Assembly (NCBI GenBank): GCA_030445695.1
Contig: JASUTF010000001.1
Span: forward strand, 882-64,881
Source of the DNA: Candidatus Iainarchaeum sp.
GTDB lineage: Archaea > Iainarchaeota > Iainarchaeia > JAADDC01
Reading direction: 5' to 3'
Length of the DNA: 64,000 bases
Shown: positions 8,781-18,407 of the stretch, in pieces
Numbering within the stretch: position 1 is the first letter of the stretch
Layout: each line of letters opens with the position of its first letter
Position numbers and translations under genes: made by a program
Notes under the pieces: generated by a model
Seen by the model: only the letters and a program-made list of their open reading frames with translations
Database searches by the model: none
What the model was told of the DNA's origin: nothing

Positions 8781-10565
8781 TCATTCCTCCTCCTCGCCGC
8801 GTTTCTTCTTCACCTCGATGATCTCCTGCAGTAGTTCCACATAGGAGTCCGGGATGAGGTGCCTGTTCTTCAGCAGTTCCCTTATGTGGTCGTTGGGCAC
8901 GTCCGTATACAGGATATCACCCTCGAAGATGTGGCGTCCCACGAGGGGCCCCTGTATTGCCACTGCAAGTTCTTCCCCTTCATATGCCTCGTCGACGCTT
9001 CTCTTGTCCTTCTGCATGCCCTTTATTGTGCCCACAGGTCTGCCATCTGCCCTCATGACCGGATACTTCGGCTTTATGACCCCCGCGAGCACACGAACGC
9101 CAACGATTGCCGGATCGCTCCTGCGGAAGACGTAGCCGTCCAGTATCTTGAACTTGCCCGGAAGTATGAGCTTCGACAGCTTCTCGCGTTTCTCACGTTC
9201 CCTTTCTTCCTCTCTCCACTGCTCGTATCGCTCCATTATACGGTATACGACGTTCTCCCTGATTATGGGTACGTTCAGCCGGAACGCCTCCTCCTCGACG
9301 CCCGGCTCAAGGCCCACGTTGAACGCGATGATAACGCCGAGGTAGCGGTCCTTCTGCCGAACCACGTGTGCTTCCATCACGTCGTGCTTGCTCACGTTAC
9401 CTATCTCTGCCTTCTTGACGGGGTATCCGTGTTCCCGCAGTATCCTAACGAGTGCCTCTAGCGATCCCAGCGTGTCCGCCTTCACGATAAGCCCTATCTC
9501 GTCCGTCTCAAACGATATGCTCTCCAGCTCCTTTCTCACCTTCTCCATGGCTGCCCTCTTCTCTTCCTCGCTCCTGACCACCAGTATGGGAGACCCCGGC
9601 AGGGCATCCTCGATGTCAGGTGCCGCGATCTTGAGACCCGCCGCCGCGTGGACTTCCTCCACGGACATGAACTTATCCCTCGGGTCGCGTATCTCATCCA
9701 GCGGCTTCGGTTTGAGCAACGCGCGTATTCTCGTTTCTTTCGGTCCGTTCTTCGTGCCGAATACGATGTGGTCCCCCCTGCGTATGACCCCGTCGTAGAG
9801 GATCGTCGTCAGCGTCGTCCCTATGCCTGTCTCTTCCTTTACTTCGAGAACGACTCCCTTTCCAGGGGCGTTCTCGTCGATCTCCAACCTCTTTTCAAGG
9901 TATTTCTGGGCAAGGCCCGCAATGTAGAGGAGCAGTTCTGGAATGCCTTCTCCCGTCTTTCCGGAGGTTGGTATGATTACGATCTGCCTTGTAAAGTCGG
10001 TTACTCTATCGTAGCGTTCCGAATCGAAGCCATACTCCGCCAAGGATGCCACGATCTGGTATATCTTCATGTCGAGTTCTTGCAGAACGTCCTGCCTCTG
10101 CCTTTTGAGTGCAAGCGTTATGGGCTCGTCTTCCTTGCTCTGCCAGCCCGTTATTGCGTCTACCTTGTTCGCGGCCACGATGAACGGGACCTTATACGTC
10201 TTGAGGATCTCGATGGCCTCGTGCGTCTGCGGCTGGAACCCCTGATTGATATCCACCACGAGAACCGCGATGTCTGCAATGCTCCCGCCACGCTTTCGTA
10301 GATTCGTGAACGCCTCGTGTCCCGGTGTGTCGATGAACAGAAGTCCAGGGATCTTGAACTGAACGGGGAACATCTTCGCGAGCGGTTCAGAAATCTTCTG
10401 GATCACGTCAATGGGAACCTCCGTTGCGCCTATGTGCTGCGTAATTCCGCCTGCTTCCTTCTTCTGGACGCTCGTTCGCCGGATTCTGTCAAGAATCGTT
10501 GTCTTTCCGTGGTCCACGTGCCCCAGAACCGTGACTATGGGCTGGCGTATCTTCATGAGAATCAC
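8781..10565 (-). CDS. infB: Translation initiation factor aIF5B (IF2 homologue), without an intein
   Basis: 'RQPIVTVLGHVDHGKTTILDRIR', 'DTPGHEAF' and 'NKVD' GTPase motifs. 594 aa. Confidence 0.9.
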   Translation of the reverse strand: MILMKIRQPIVTVLGHVDHGKTTILDRIRRTSVQKKEAGGITQHIGATEVPIDVIQKISEPLAKMFPVQFKIPGLLFIDTPGHEAFTNLRKRGGSIADIAVLVVDINQGFQPQTHEAIEILKTYKVPFIVAANKVDAITGWQSKEDEPITLALKRQRQDVLQELDMKIYQIVASLAEYGFDSERYDRVTDFTRQIVIIPTSGKTGEGIPELLLYIAGLAQKYLEKRLEIDENAPGKGVVLEVKEETGIGTTLTTILYDGVIRRGDHIVFGTKNGPKETRIRALLKPKPLDEIRDPRDKFMSVEEVHAAAGLKIAAPDIEDALPGSPILVVRSEEEKRAAMEKVRKELESISFETDEIGLIVKADTLGSLEALVRILREHGYPVKKAEIGNVSKHDVMEAHVVRQKDRYLGVIIAFNVGLEPGVEEEAFRLNVPIIRENVVYRIMERYEQWREEEREREKREKLSKLILPGKFKILDGYVFRRSDPAIVGVRVLAGVIKPKYPVMRADGRPVGTIKGMQKDKRSVDEAYEGEELAVAIQGPLVGRHIFEGDILYTDVPNDHIRELLKNRHLIPDSYVELLQEIIEVKKKRGEEEE

Positions 10566-10595
10566 CCCGGAATAAGAAGAATTGGTGCGATTGTT

Positions 10596-10964
10596 TTATA
10601 ATCGGCGTGTGGGGTCGTAGAGTTTCAGCCCGTATCGTTCGAACTGCTGGAAGTGCTTTCTATTGTTGGTCCAGATGGGTACTTTGTTAGCTATGGATAT
10701 TCCAGCAATTATGATATCTGCATCTGCCACGATGTTCCCCTCTTTCTTTAAATCCTGCCAAATCCTCGCGGATATTCGTATGGATTGCGGTGTTTCCTGC
10801 AGTATTACGAAATCTCTTTCTAAAATCTCTGCAGCAGCACCCACATCTTTTGCACCGCGCAGGAATTCGTAGAGTGTGATTGTGGTTATGGCTAACGGCT
10901 CTCTTGGTGGTTCGACATGCCCCTTTATCATCTCGATGAGCACGTCTGTGTCTATTAGAATCAT
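10596..10964 (-). CDS. vapC: PIN-domain toxin VapC
   Basis: 'MILIDTDVLIE' N-terminal PIN acidic motif. About 122 aa. ATG overlaps the vapB stop (ATGA). Confidence 0.75.
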   Translation of the reverse strand: MILIDTDVLIEMIKGHVEPPREPLAITTITLYEFLRGAKDVGAAAEILERDFVILQETPQSIRISARIWQDLKKEGNIVADADIIIAGISIANKVPIWTNNRKHFQQFERYGLKLYDPTRRL

Positions 10965-11158
10965 CGCGCCCACGTCTCCGCTCTTTCTATTTTATCTGTA
11001 TCCACGAGTTCTCTCAGCAGTTTCAAATCCTTTTTCAGCTCTTTTCGCTTCAGTTCCGCCAGCTCCAGAAGGAATTCGTCCCAAGTCCTGTTTCCCTTGA
11101 GCGGTTCCAGAATTTTTCGTGTTTCTTTCCGAATGGGTATTGTGGTAATTGTTGCCAT
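10961..11158 (-). CDS. vapB: Antitoxin VapB-like small protein
   Basis: 65-aa ORF immediately upstream with a 4-nt overlap to vapC. 'MATITTIPIRKETRKILEPL' swapped-hairpin/ribbon-like N-terminus and a coiled C-terminus. Confidence 0.6.
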   Translation of the reverse strand: MATITTIPIRKETRKILEPLKGNRTWDEFLLELAELKRKELKKDLKLLRELVDTDKIERAETWAR

Positions 11159-11200
11159 GGTATAATTATGCAATTGCAAAATTAAAAAATTGTGGGGGGA

Positions 11201-12007
11201 TCAGAACTCCCCCAGCATCTCCTCGTAGAGCGTTGTGTATTCGGGGTATAACTCGTCCTCGCTGAAGAGTTCCTTGATCTCCCTCTCAGCGCCCTCGCTG
11301 TCGGAGGCGTGGACCACGTTGTATATGCTTCTCGTCTGCAGGTTTGCCAGTTCGTAGTCGTCGCAGGCGAAGTCGCCGCGTATGGTCCCCGGGGCTGCCC
11401 TTGACGGCGCTGTATCCCCTACGATGGCACGGACCTTCCCTATGGCCCTCGGGCCTTCGATGACCATGGCGACGATGGGCGCGCTGGTCACGTATCGCCT
11501 CAGCGCCTCCAGGATGGCCTTACCGTACTCCTCCTCCTTCCACGGGAACTCCTGACCGCGCTCAAGGAACGCCTTCTTCGCCTTCTCACCGATCTTTACT
11601 GCCATCTCGTCGGGGTAGTGCTTCTTTGCCCACTCCTCGTCGAGCCAGACCATTTTAAGCCCTATGATCTTCAGACCCGCCTTCTCTATGCGCGAGATCA
11701 CCTCTCCAATCAGGCCCCTGCGAACGCCGTCCGGCTTGACGAAGAGCAGCGTCCTCTCAACGCCGGGCTTCTTCTTTTTTCTCTTTGACCGCTTCTTCTT
11801 TGCGGGCTTCTGTGCCTCCATCTCTGCCCTCGTGAGCTCGTAGAGCGCCTTCATGATCCCGTAGAGCGCCTCCACTTCGTCCTCCGCGTTCCGAGAGAAG
11901 CGTATGTCATACTTCTCCCTCAGTTCCTTCGCCATCCGCAGAAGTTCAAGGTACATCTCCCTTCTGTCCATCTCCTTGGGGAGGAAGACCGTGGGCATGA
12001 CCATCAC
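11201..12007 (-). CDS. ndk: Nucleoside diphosphate kinase with an unusual N-terminal extension of about 85 aa (start uncertain)
   Basis: 'LLFVKPDGVRRGLIGEVISRIEKAGLKI' and 'PGTIRGDF...NVVHASDS' NDK motifs. Preceded in frame by a helical segment and a K-rich linker 'KKKRSKRKKKKPG'. Alternative internal ATG at 'MEAQKP'. Confidence 0.8.
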   Translation of the reverse strand: MMVMPTVFLPKEMDRREMYLELLRMAKELREKYDIRFSRNAEDEVEALYGIMKALYELTRAEMEAQKPAKKKRSKRKKKKPGVERTLLFVKPDGVRRGLIGEVISRIEKAGLKIIGLKMVWLDEEWAKKHYPDEMAVKIGEKAKKAFLERGQEFPWKEEEYGKAILEALRRYVTSAPIVAMVIEGPRAIGKVRAIVGDTAPSRAAPGTIRGDFACDDYELANLQTRSIYNVVHASDSEGAEREIKELFSEDELYPEYTTLYEEMLGEF

Positions 12008-12058
12008 CTGTAACTACTGAGAAATAGTTACGGAACAAGGGTAATAAAAAAGAGGGGG

Positions 12059-12256
12059 TTATGCACTGCTCTTCTGGCGCTCCGCCTTGGCGAGGCGGTA
12101 TGCCTTCGTCCACTTCACCTTTCTGGGGTTTCTGCCGAGGCGGTAGTTCGCCAGGCACTTGTGGGAACAGAAGTGCAGGACTTTCCCGTCGTTCAGGACG
12201 AGCATGATGCCCGTCCCCGGCTCGATCTCCCTTCCGCAGAACGAACACTCTGTCAT
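12059..12256 (-). CDS. rpl24e: Ribosomal protein L24e
   Basis: '[16 protein letters not shown]...HFCSHKC' L24e zinc motif. ATG at 12256; the ORF-track GTG at 12265 would overlap the S28e stop. Confidence 0.85.
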   Translation of the reverse strand: MTECSFCGREIEPGTGIMLVLNDGKVLHFCSHKCLANYRLGRNPRKVKWTKAYRLAKAERQKSSA

Positions 12257-12261
12257 TGTCC

Positions 12262-12480
12262 TCACCGTGCCTTGATCTCCCTCGCCTCGTGGCGTGTGGA
12301 CAGCAGGATTACGATATCCCCTACCTTTACAGGCCCGAGGACGTTTCTGCGCAGCACTCTGCCCTTCTGCGGGCCCTCTAGTATCTTTACCATGACCTGT
12401 GTTACCTCTCCGTGGACTCCCGTGCGGCCGACGATCTCAACGACCTGCGCGGGAGTCCCCCTGGACTCTTCCTCTGCCAT
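12262..12480 (-). CDS. rps28e: Ribosomal protein S28e
   Basis: '[48 protein letters not shown]' classical S28e. Confidence 0.9.
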   Translation of the reverse strand: MAEEESRGTPAQVVEIVGRTGVHGEVTQVMVKILEGPQKGRVLRRNVLGPVKVGDIVILLSTRHEAREIKAR

Positions 12481-12486
12481 GGCTCA

Positions 12487-12855
12487 TCACTTCTTTATGC
12501 TCTCGATCTGCTTCACGATGTCCGCCACGAGATCCTTCGCCTGACCCAGGTCCACGATGGCCACCGCGGCAGCGGATACCTCAATGCCTGCGGCGGATCC
12601 GAGCTCCTTCTTGGAGGGCACGTATGCGTAGGGGATCCCCTTCTCCTCACAGAGGATGGGCAGGTGCATAACGATCTCTTCAGGATCCACATCCTCTGCG
12701 ATGACTACGAGCTTTGCCTGGCCGCGCTCAACGGCCTTCGTCGTCTCGTTTGTGCCGATTCTTACCCTCCCGGTATCGCGGGCAACCCTAACTGCCTCAA
12801 GAACCTTGTCTGCAAGTTCCTTTGGCATTTCAAACCTCACGTAACTCTTTGCCAT
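12487..12855 (-). CDS. rpl7ae: Ribosomal protein L7Ae (K-turn binding; also an sRNP component)
   Basis: '[29 protein letters not shown]' is near-identical to Thermococcales L7Ae. Confidence 0.95.
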   Translation of the reverse strand: MAKSYVRFEMPKELADKVLEAVRVARDTGRVRIGTNETTKAVERGQAKLVVIAEDVDPEEIVMHLPILCEEKGIPYAYVPSKKELGSAAGIEVSAAAVAIVDLGQAKDLVADIVKQIESIKK

Positions 12856-12904
12856 AAAAGCACCTCCACCCGGTCATCGGGCTAAGAAGTTTGGATCGGG
12901 AGAT

Positions 12905-12913
12905 TTTAAAAAG
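12905..12913. promoter_or_regulatory. TATA-like box (TTTTAAAAA) in the divergent L7Ae/SMC intergenic region
   Basis: Only AT-rich octamer in the 110-nt intergenic region. About 27 nt upstream of a predicted smc TSS near 12937. Confidence 0.3.
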
Positions 12914-12967
12914 GTAGTGAGGGCGTTCTGATCTTCCTTTTTATTGTTTGCCTCCTTTTTCTTTGAG

Positions 12968-15900
12968 ATGCCGGCACGCCTAAAGCGACTCACACTAAAG
13001 AACTTCAAGTCATTCCGCACCGCGAACATCCCATTCGCCCCTGGCTTCACCGGCATCATGGGGCCCAACGGGTCGGGGAAGAGCAACATAATCGATGCCA
13101 TCGTCTTCGTTCTGGGTGAGGGCCGGCTCAAGTCGATTCGTGCGTCCCGCCTCACAGACCTTGTATACCACAAAGCGAGGGACGGGCGTGCCATTGTCTC
13201 CATGGATATCGAGGGGCCGGACGGAAAGGAGTACCAGATCACAAGGGAGATAGACCGGAAGGGCCACTCCGTCTACCGGCTCAATGGAAAAAGAACCACA
13301 AGGAGCAATGTTCTCTCCCTCCTCGCGTCCTTTAACATTTCACCCAACGGTTACAACATCGTCCTGCAGGGGGACATAACGAAGGTCGTCAAGATGACAC
13401 CGAAGGAGAGGAGGACCATCATCGATGATGTTGCCGGCGTTTCTGAATACGAGGAACGCAAGCAGGAGGCAGTGAAGGAACTTGAGGCGGTCGAGGAGAA
13501 GATAAAGGATGCAGAGCTGATACTCGGTGAGAGAAAGGCGATTCTGGAACAGTTGAAGGCAGACCGCGATGCTGCCCTCCGGTATCAGGCACTCAGAGAG
13601 GAATTGAGACGTTTGCGCAAGACAATCCTGCTCGCGAGGCGTGACGAGCTGAACAAGTCCGCGGAACGGATCCGTTCCCGCCTTGAGGCGGTTGACAGGG
13701 AGCTGGAGTCCGTCCAGAACACGCTGAACGATCTTGAAGAGAGGAGAAAGGGGACGGAAGAAGAACTGGAGCGGCTGAACGCCGAGATACGTGAGATCTA
13801 CTCGAAGATGGGCGCCGGCTTTTTGGAGTCCGTCCGGGAAGAACTGCTGAAGAAGCAGGCGCTGAAGGAGTCGCTGGAACAGGATCTTGAGCGGGTCCGC
13901 AGGGAGATCATAGACCTTACCACGAAGCGTGATCGCCTGCAGTCCGAGAAGGAGTTCATAGAGCAGGAGTATGCAAGCATCCGCGCCCGTCTGGAGGAGA
14001 AGAGAACCGCACTGGAAAGCGTGGATGCCCGCATCGCGGAGATCGAGAAGAAGATATCTGAACTTGAATCGGAGAAGAGGGCTGCCGAGTCGGAACTCCT
14101 CGAAGTGGAGCGCCAGATAGACGAGAGGCAGAAACGCTTCATGGAGATTCGCGAGGAACACAGCCGCATAATGGGTGAGCTCAACACCCGAAAGGAACTC
14201 GGCAGGAAGCAGGCAGAACTGATGGAGAAGGTAAAGAGGGCGAGGGATGAGCTCCAGAAGATAGAGGCGGAGATACGGGAGCTAGAGAGAACGAAGAAAG
14301 AGGTTTTTGAGCTTGAGAAATCGCTGAATCAGCAGTACCTGGCGCTTCAGGAGGAGATCAAGGCGTTACGCGAGGAGCTCGGCTCCTACAGGGGTGCGGC
14401 AAGTGCCCTGAAATCACTGGGCGTTGACGTGGAAGTCCTCGAGGCGTTGAAGAGGGCCCAGAGCAGGGGTGAGCTTTTTGGCATTCACGATTACGTTTTC
14501 CGGCTCATAAAGTATGACAAGAAGTATGAGGCGGCAATAGAGACGGCAGCAGGCCGTCGCCTGTTCTACATCGTAGTGGATACCGCAGATGCTGCCGCCG
14601 ATGCGATAAAGTATCTGAAGAAGCACAACCTCGGCCGTGCCACTTTCCTTCCCATGGATCGCGTCTCCTACCGCCTGACTGACGTGCCTCACAGCCCTGG
14701 CGTTCTCGGAAGGGTGCTGGACTTCGTGAAGTACGACGAGAAGTATGCAAGGGCCATGGCATTCGTCTTCGGCGACACCCTTGTGGTCGATACCGTGGAC
14801 GACGCAAAGCAGCTGGCAGGGAAGTACCGTGCCGTGACCCTTGACGGGGATATCGTGGAACGCTCAGGTGTTATGAGCGGTGGTTCCCGCCGCTCCGGTG
14901 CCTCCGTTCTGCAGCTGCTCTCCGTGGAGGCAAAAAGGCAGGAACTCTCTTCAAAGGAGGCGGAGGCGAAGTCCATTCTTTCCCGCCTGCAGGAGATACG
15001 CGAGCGTGTCAGGTCCGTTTCCTCCCGGCTTTCGGAGCTGAATGCACGGAAGCAGGAGCTCCAGAGGTTCATCGAGTCGGCACCGCTGGGTGCAGAGGAC
15101 GAGGTCTCCCGTCTTGAGGCACGCCTCGAGGAGCTTTCGAGGGAGATGGAACGGCTTGCCAACGAGATATCCGATCTGGAGATGAGGAAGGCAGAGTTGC
15201 GTCGCACTGTCAAGAAGGAGGCGGGTTCCGAGGGTGTTTCGCTGTTCGAGGCGCTCTCTTCCCTGCGCCAGGAGCGGGACGTGGTATCCCGCGAACTCCA
15301 CGAGGTGGAACTGGTTGCCAAGGAGAAGGAGGAACGGTTAAAATACATCACCGAGAAGCTGGAGGAGATCGCGAGGAAGCTGAATGAACTCGCGGAGAGG
15401 CGGGATACCCTTTCCGTACAGCTCTCGGAGGTCAGCGAGGAGCTTCAGCAACTGGAAGGAAAGCTTGTTGAGGCGGAGAAGAGGTCAGCTGAAGTAAAGG
15501 AGAAGCTGGAGAAGTTGAATGATCGCCGTGATGCCCTTGAAACCACCCTCAAGGAGATCCTCAACAGTATCGGCCAGAAGAGTGCGGAGCGTGACCGCCT
15601 CTACCGTGAACGCCTGCAACTCGAAACGAAGCTTGACTCCATACTCAACAACATCGCCGAGCTCGACTCCGACCTCCGCGAGTATGACGGTGTCGAGCCG
15701 CTTGAGGAACTGCCCGAGAACCCGGAGGGCCGCGTCGCCGAGATCCTCGAAGAGATGCGCGCCCTTGAGCCGGTGAACATGCGTGCCATCACGGAGTACG
15801 AAGAGATGAAGGCGAGGATTCAGGAGATTGAGGAGCGGATATCCAAGCTCCGCGAGGAGAAGAGGGCAATACTGAACATGATGGACGAGATTGAGCGCAA

Positions 15901-16360
15901 GAAGGAGAAGGCGTTCATGGACGCGTTCCTCGCCATCCGTAAGAGGTTCAAAGAGGTGTACCGCGAGCTGGAGAACGGATCTGCGGACCTGCGCCTGACC
16001 GACGAGGACGACATATTCAACGCAGGCCTTATCATAGAGGCACAGCCGAAGGGCAAGACGTTGAAGAACATAGACGCGATGTCCGGTGGAGAGAAGGCGA
16101 TGGTGGCCATCGCGTTTATACTGGCCATTGCCCTCTACCAGCCGGCGGCGTTCTACATACTGGACGAGCCCGATCAGGCGCTGGACAAGCACAACGCCGA
16201 GAAGGTGGCCAAGTATATCAAGCGGCTCTCAAGAACCACGCAGTTTATCGTGGTCTCTCACCGCGATGCCATGCTGAAGGAGGCGGACCAGATTATTGGT
16301 GTGTATATGAAGGAAGATGGGAGCTCCGCGGTGGAGCTCAAGCTCCCTTCCTCTCCCTGA
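12968..16360 (+). CDS. smc: Chromosome segregation protein SMC
   Basis: N-terminal Walker A 'GPNGSGKSNIIDAIVFVLG', long coiled coils, hinge, and C-terminal 'LSGGEKAMVAIAFILA...ILDEPDQALD' signature/Walker B. 1131 aa from ATG 12968. Confidence 0.9.
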   Translation: MPARLKRLTLKNFKSFRTANIPFAPGFTGIMGPNGSGKSNIIDAIVFVLGEGRLKSIRASRLTDLVYHKARDGRAIVSMDIEGPDGKEYQITREIDRKGHSVYRLNGKRTTRSNVLSLLASFNISPNGYNIVLQGDITKVVKMTPKERRTIIDDVAGVSEYEERKQEAVKELEAVEEKIKDAELILGERKAILEQLKADRDAALRYQALREELRRLRKTILLARRDELNKSAERIRSRLEAVDRELESVQNTLNDLEERRKGTEEELERLNAEIREIYSKMGAGFLESVREELLKKQALKESLEQDLERVRREIIDLTTKRDRLQSEKEFIEQEYASIRARLEEKRTALESVDARIAEIEKKISELESEKRAAESELLEVERQIDERQKRFMEIREEHSRIMGELNTRKELGRKQAELMEKVKRARDELQKIEAEIRELERTKKEVFELEKSLNQQYLALQEEIKALREELGSYRGAASALKSLGVDVEVLEALKRAQSRGELFGIHDYVFRLIKYDKKYEAAIETAAGRRLFYIVVDTADAAADAIKYLKKHNLGRATFLPMDRVSYRLTDVPHSPGVLGRVLDFVKYDEKYARAMAFVFGDTLVVDTVDDAKQLAGKYRAVTLDGDIVERSGVMSGGSRRSGASVLQLLSVEAKRQELSSKEAEAKSILSRLQEIRERVRSVSSRLSELNARKQELQRFIESAPLGAEDEVSRLEARLEELSREMERLANEISDLEMRKAELRRTVKKEAGSEGVSLFEALSSLRQERDVVSRELHEVELVAKEKEERLKYITEKLEEIARKLNELAERRDTLSVQLSEVSEELQQLEGKLVEAEKRSAEVKEKLEKLNDRRDALETTLKEILNSIGQKSAERDRLYRERLQLETKLDSILNNIAELDSDLREYDGVEPLEELPENPEGRVAEILEEMRALEPVNMRAITEYEEMKARIQEIEERISKLREEKRAILNMMDEIERKKEKAFMDAFLAIRKRFKEVYRELENGSADLRLTDEDDIFNAGLIIEAQPKGKTLKNIDAMSGGEKAMVAIAFILAIALYQPAAFYILDEPDQALDKHNAEKVAKYIKRLSRTTQFIVVSHRDAMLKEADQIIGVYMKEDGSSAVELKLPSSP

Positions 16361-18392
16361 TTCTCTCGAGGGATTTCCTGTACCTGCCGAGCAGCCGCTT
16401 GAGCTTTGCTAGCTCCGCCTTCAGTTCCTTATCCTCCGGGCTCTTCTTCAGGCGTTTCTCCAGTTCACGTATCTGGTGCTCCACTTCCATGATCTTTCTC
16501 CTGTACCTGTGCTCCTTCAGAAGTTCCTCGTGGTGTTTCCTCCTGCCCTCCCTTCTCCCGGACGCTAGCAGGAGGATTAACAGCACTGTGCTGACAATCA
16601 GCACGGCCAGGGCCACCCACGCCGTCGTTTTATTGTCCAGCTCTATCTTCGTTGTTTTCTCCACGCTCACAACGACGGAGGGCGCCGAATAGATACTCCT
16701 GTGTATTTTCTGAATCTCCCCTGCCATGTGGTAGAGCTGCAGTCCTGTCCTTGCCATATCCTTTGCCTTTTCATTCTTCCCCTCTCTCTTGTAGTACTTG
16801 GCCGCCTCGTAGTAGTATGCGGCGTGGTTCAGGTAAAGTTCATCCCATATTCCTGCCGGCTCGAATCGGTGGCTCATGCTCTCTGCCAGCGCGGATAGCG
16901 GGTCCTTCCTATCTGCGATGACGTTGCCCATGGCCAGGCCGCTGGCACTCGCTGCCTCGAGGGCAGCAGTGTAATACCAGCCGTGTTCGTAGGCGGTCTT
17001 TGCCCACGCGATACGCTCCTGTATGGACTGATCGCTGATGTCCACCATCTGGGACACGTCTTCCACGGATATGATTGCCTGCTTTGCAAGTTCTTCGAGA
17101 TCGCCGATCTGCGGTCCCTCTATGTCCTTTCCCATGTTATACATCTCTTCAGCGCTGTCCAGCCACTCCCTCACGGACATGAGCTGTCTCAGGTAGAGGG
17201 GGCTCGGCTCGGTGTAGCCCGTAAGCTTCAGATTCTCGAAGTTATATTTTGCCCGTATGAAGCGATCCCTTGCGGCCCCTATCCACTCGAAGTTGTTCCT
17301 GTTCATGTTCACGTCGTTCAGGCGGTTGAAGAGCGTGTTGATCCTGTTTTCCGTGTCGTTGAGCAGGTCCTGGAAGGCGACACTACCGGGGTTAAGTAGC
17401 GAGGGATGTTCGCAGATGTTTGCATACGTTTCCGCATCGATCTTTGCCAGGAACGCGTAGTTGGCGGCGGTGTAGTAGTATCCCTTGTCCAGCAGGAGGG
17501 CAGCGCGCGTGGCCATGCTGTCCGACGTCTTCAGGGAATCCCTCAGCGCCTGCTCGATGCTTGGGTCCTTGAGTGTCAGGGAGCAGGACTGGGCGTCCGT
17601 TACCGCTTTTCTTGCATCCCTGACGAGCTTCTCTGCCAGATCCTTGAACGGGGCGGAACGGTTCACTTCTGCCTCCGGTGGGACGAAGTTCTCCAGTTCC
17701 TCTGGCTGGGTAGTGGAGACGTTCGTCTCGGGACGCTCCCCCTCGAACACGATCTTTACCGCCTGCTCAAGGTCCTGAACTTCGTATACGTCCATTCCCC
17801 ATGTCTGCTTCGCGTAGGTTACAAGGTCTATGTTCTTAACAACCGTTTCAACGATGCCCGGCTCCAATTCCTCCTCTATCTCCGCCGTTGTGTTCCTCTC
17901 ACCGGCGGGTATTAAAAATATCTTTACGCCGACGTCGTGGGCCGCCTTTGCCTTCTCATAGACGCCGCCCACTGGGTATACGGTCCCGTCGGCGTCGATC
18001 TGGCCCGTGGCACTTATGTAGTCCGGGACGTCTTCCCCCTTCAGTGCGCCGTAAACCGCTAAAGCGATTGCAAGGCCGGCCGACGGGCCGTCTATCTTCT
18101 CGGCGGGGGATTCGATCTTCACGAAGAAGTCATAGCGGTCTTTGTTAACATCCAGGAGGTTTGTTGCCGCCGTTATGGCATCCCTTACCGACTCCTGGGT
18201 GGACTCACCCACTATGGACTTCCCGAGATCTATGGCTATGTTGCCGTTCCCCGGGTTCACGTCCACCGTGAGCGTTGCGGGGACACCCTCCCCCGTTTCC
18301 GTGACAGCGAAGACATACATGTTCGCCTCAAAGGCGTGTGCAATTCCCGCTATAATGATCAGTATTCCGAGAACCGTGGCGATTCGCTTCAT
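16338..18392 (-). CDS. Secreted, membrane-anchored Lon-like S16 peptidase domain protein (no AAA+ module)
   Basis: Signal peptide 'MKRIATVLGILIIIAGIAHA'. 'DGPSAGLAIALAVY' catalytic Ser motif and 'GGVYEKAKAAHDVGVKIFLIP' catalytic Lys region of the Lon S16 domain. Then a long helical region, one C-terminal TM helix and a basic coiled-coil tail. Confidence 0.7.
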   Translation of the reverse strand: MKRIATVLGILIIIAGIAHAFEANMYVFAVTETGEGVPATLTVDVNPGNGNIAIDLGKSIVGESTQESVRDAITAATNLLDVNKDRYDFFVKIESPAEKIDGPSAGLAIALAVYGALKGEDVPDYISATGQIDADGTVYPVGGVYEKAKAAHDVGVKIFLIPAGERNTTAEIEEELEPGIVETVVKNIDLVTYAKQTWGMDVYEVQDLEQAVKIVFEGERPETNVSTTQPEELENFVPPEAEVNRSAPFKDLAEKLVRDARKAVTDAQSCSLTLKDPSIEQALRDSLKTSDSMATRAALLLDKGYYYTAANYAFLAKIDAETYANICEHPSLLNPGSVAFQDLLNDTENRINTLFNRLNDVNMNRNNFEWIGAARDRFIRAKYNFENLKLTGYTEPSPLYLRQLMSVREWLDSAEEMYNMGKDIEGPQIGDLEELAKQAIISVEDVSQMVDISDQSIQERIAWAKTAYEHGWYYTAALEAASASGLAMGNVIADRKDPLSALAESMSHRFEPAGIWDELYLNHAAYYYEAAKYYKREGKNEKAKDMARTGLQLYHMAGEIQKIHRSIYSAPSVVVSVEKTTKIELDNKTTAWVALAVLIVSTVLLILLLASGRREGRRKHHEELLKEHRYRRKIMEVEHQIRELEKRLKKSPEDKELKAELAKLKRLLGRYRKSLERIRERKGA

Positions 18393-18407
18393 GCTATGAT
18401 GACTGTT

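Noticed and set aside
13340-16192. Several 100-270-aa minus-strand ORFs (13340-14161, 13798-14187, 14689-15351, 15485-16192)
   Set aside because: All are antisense to smc and mirror its coiled-coil Glu/Lys/Leu codons as Leu/Ser/Phe-rich junk.
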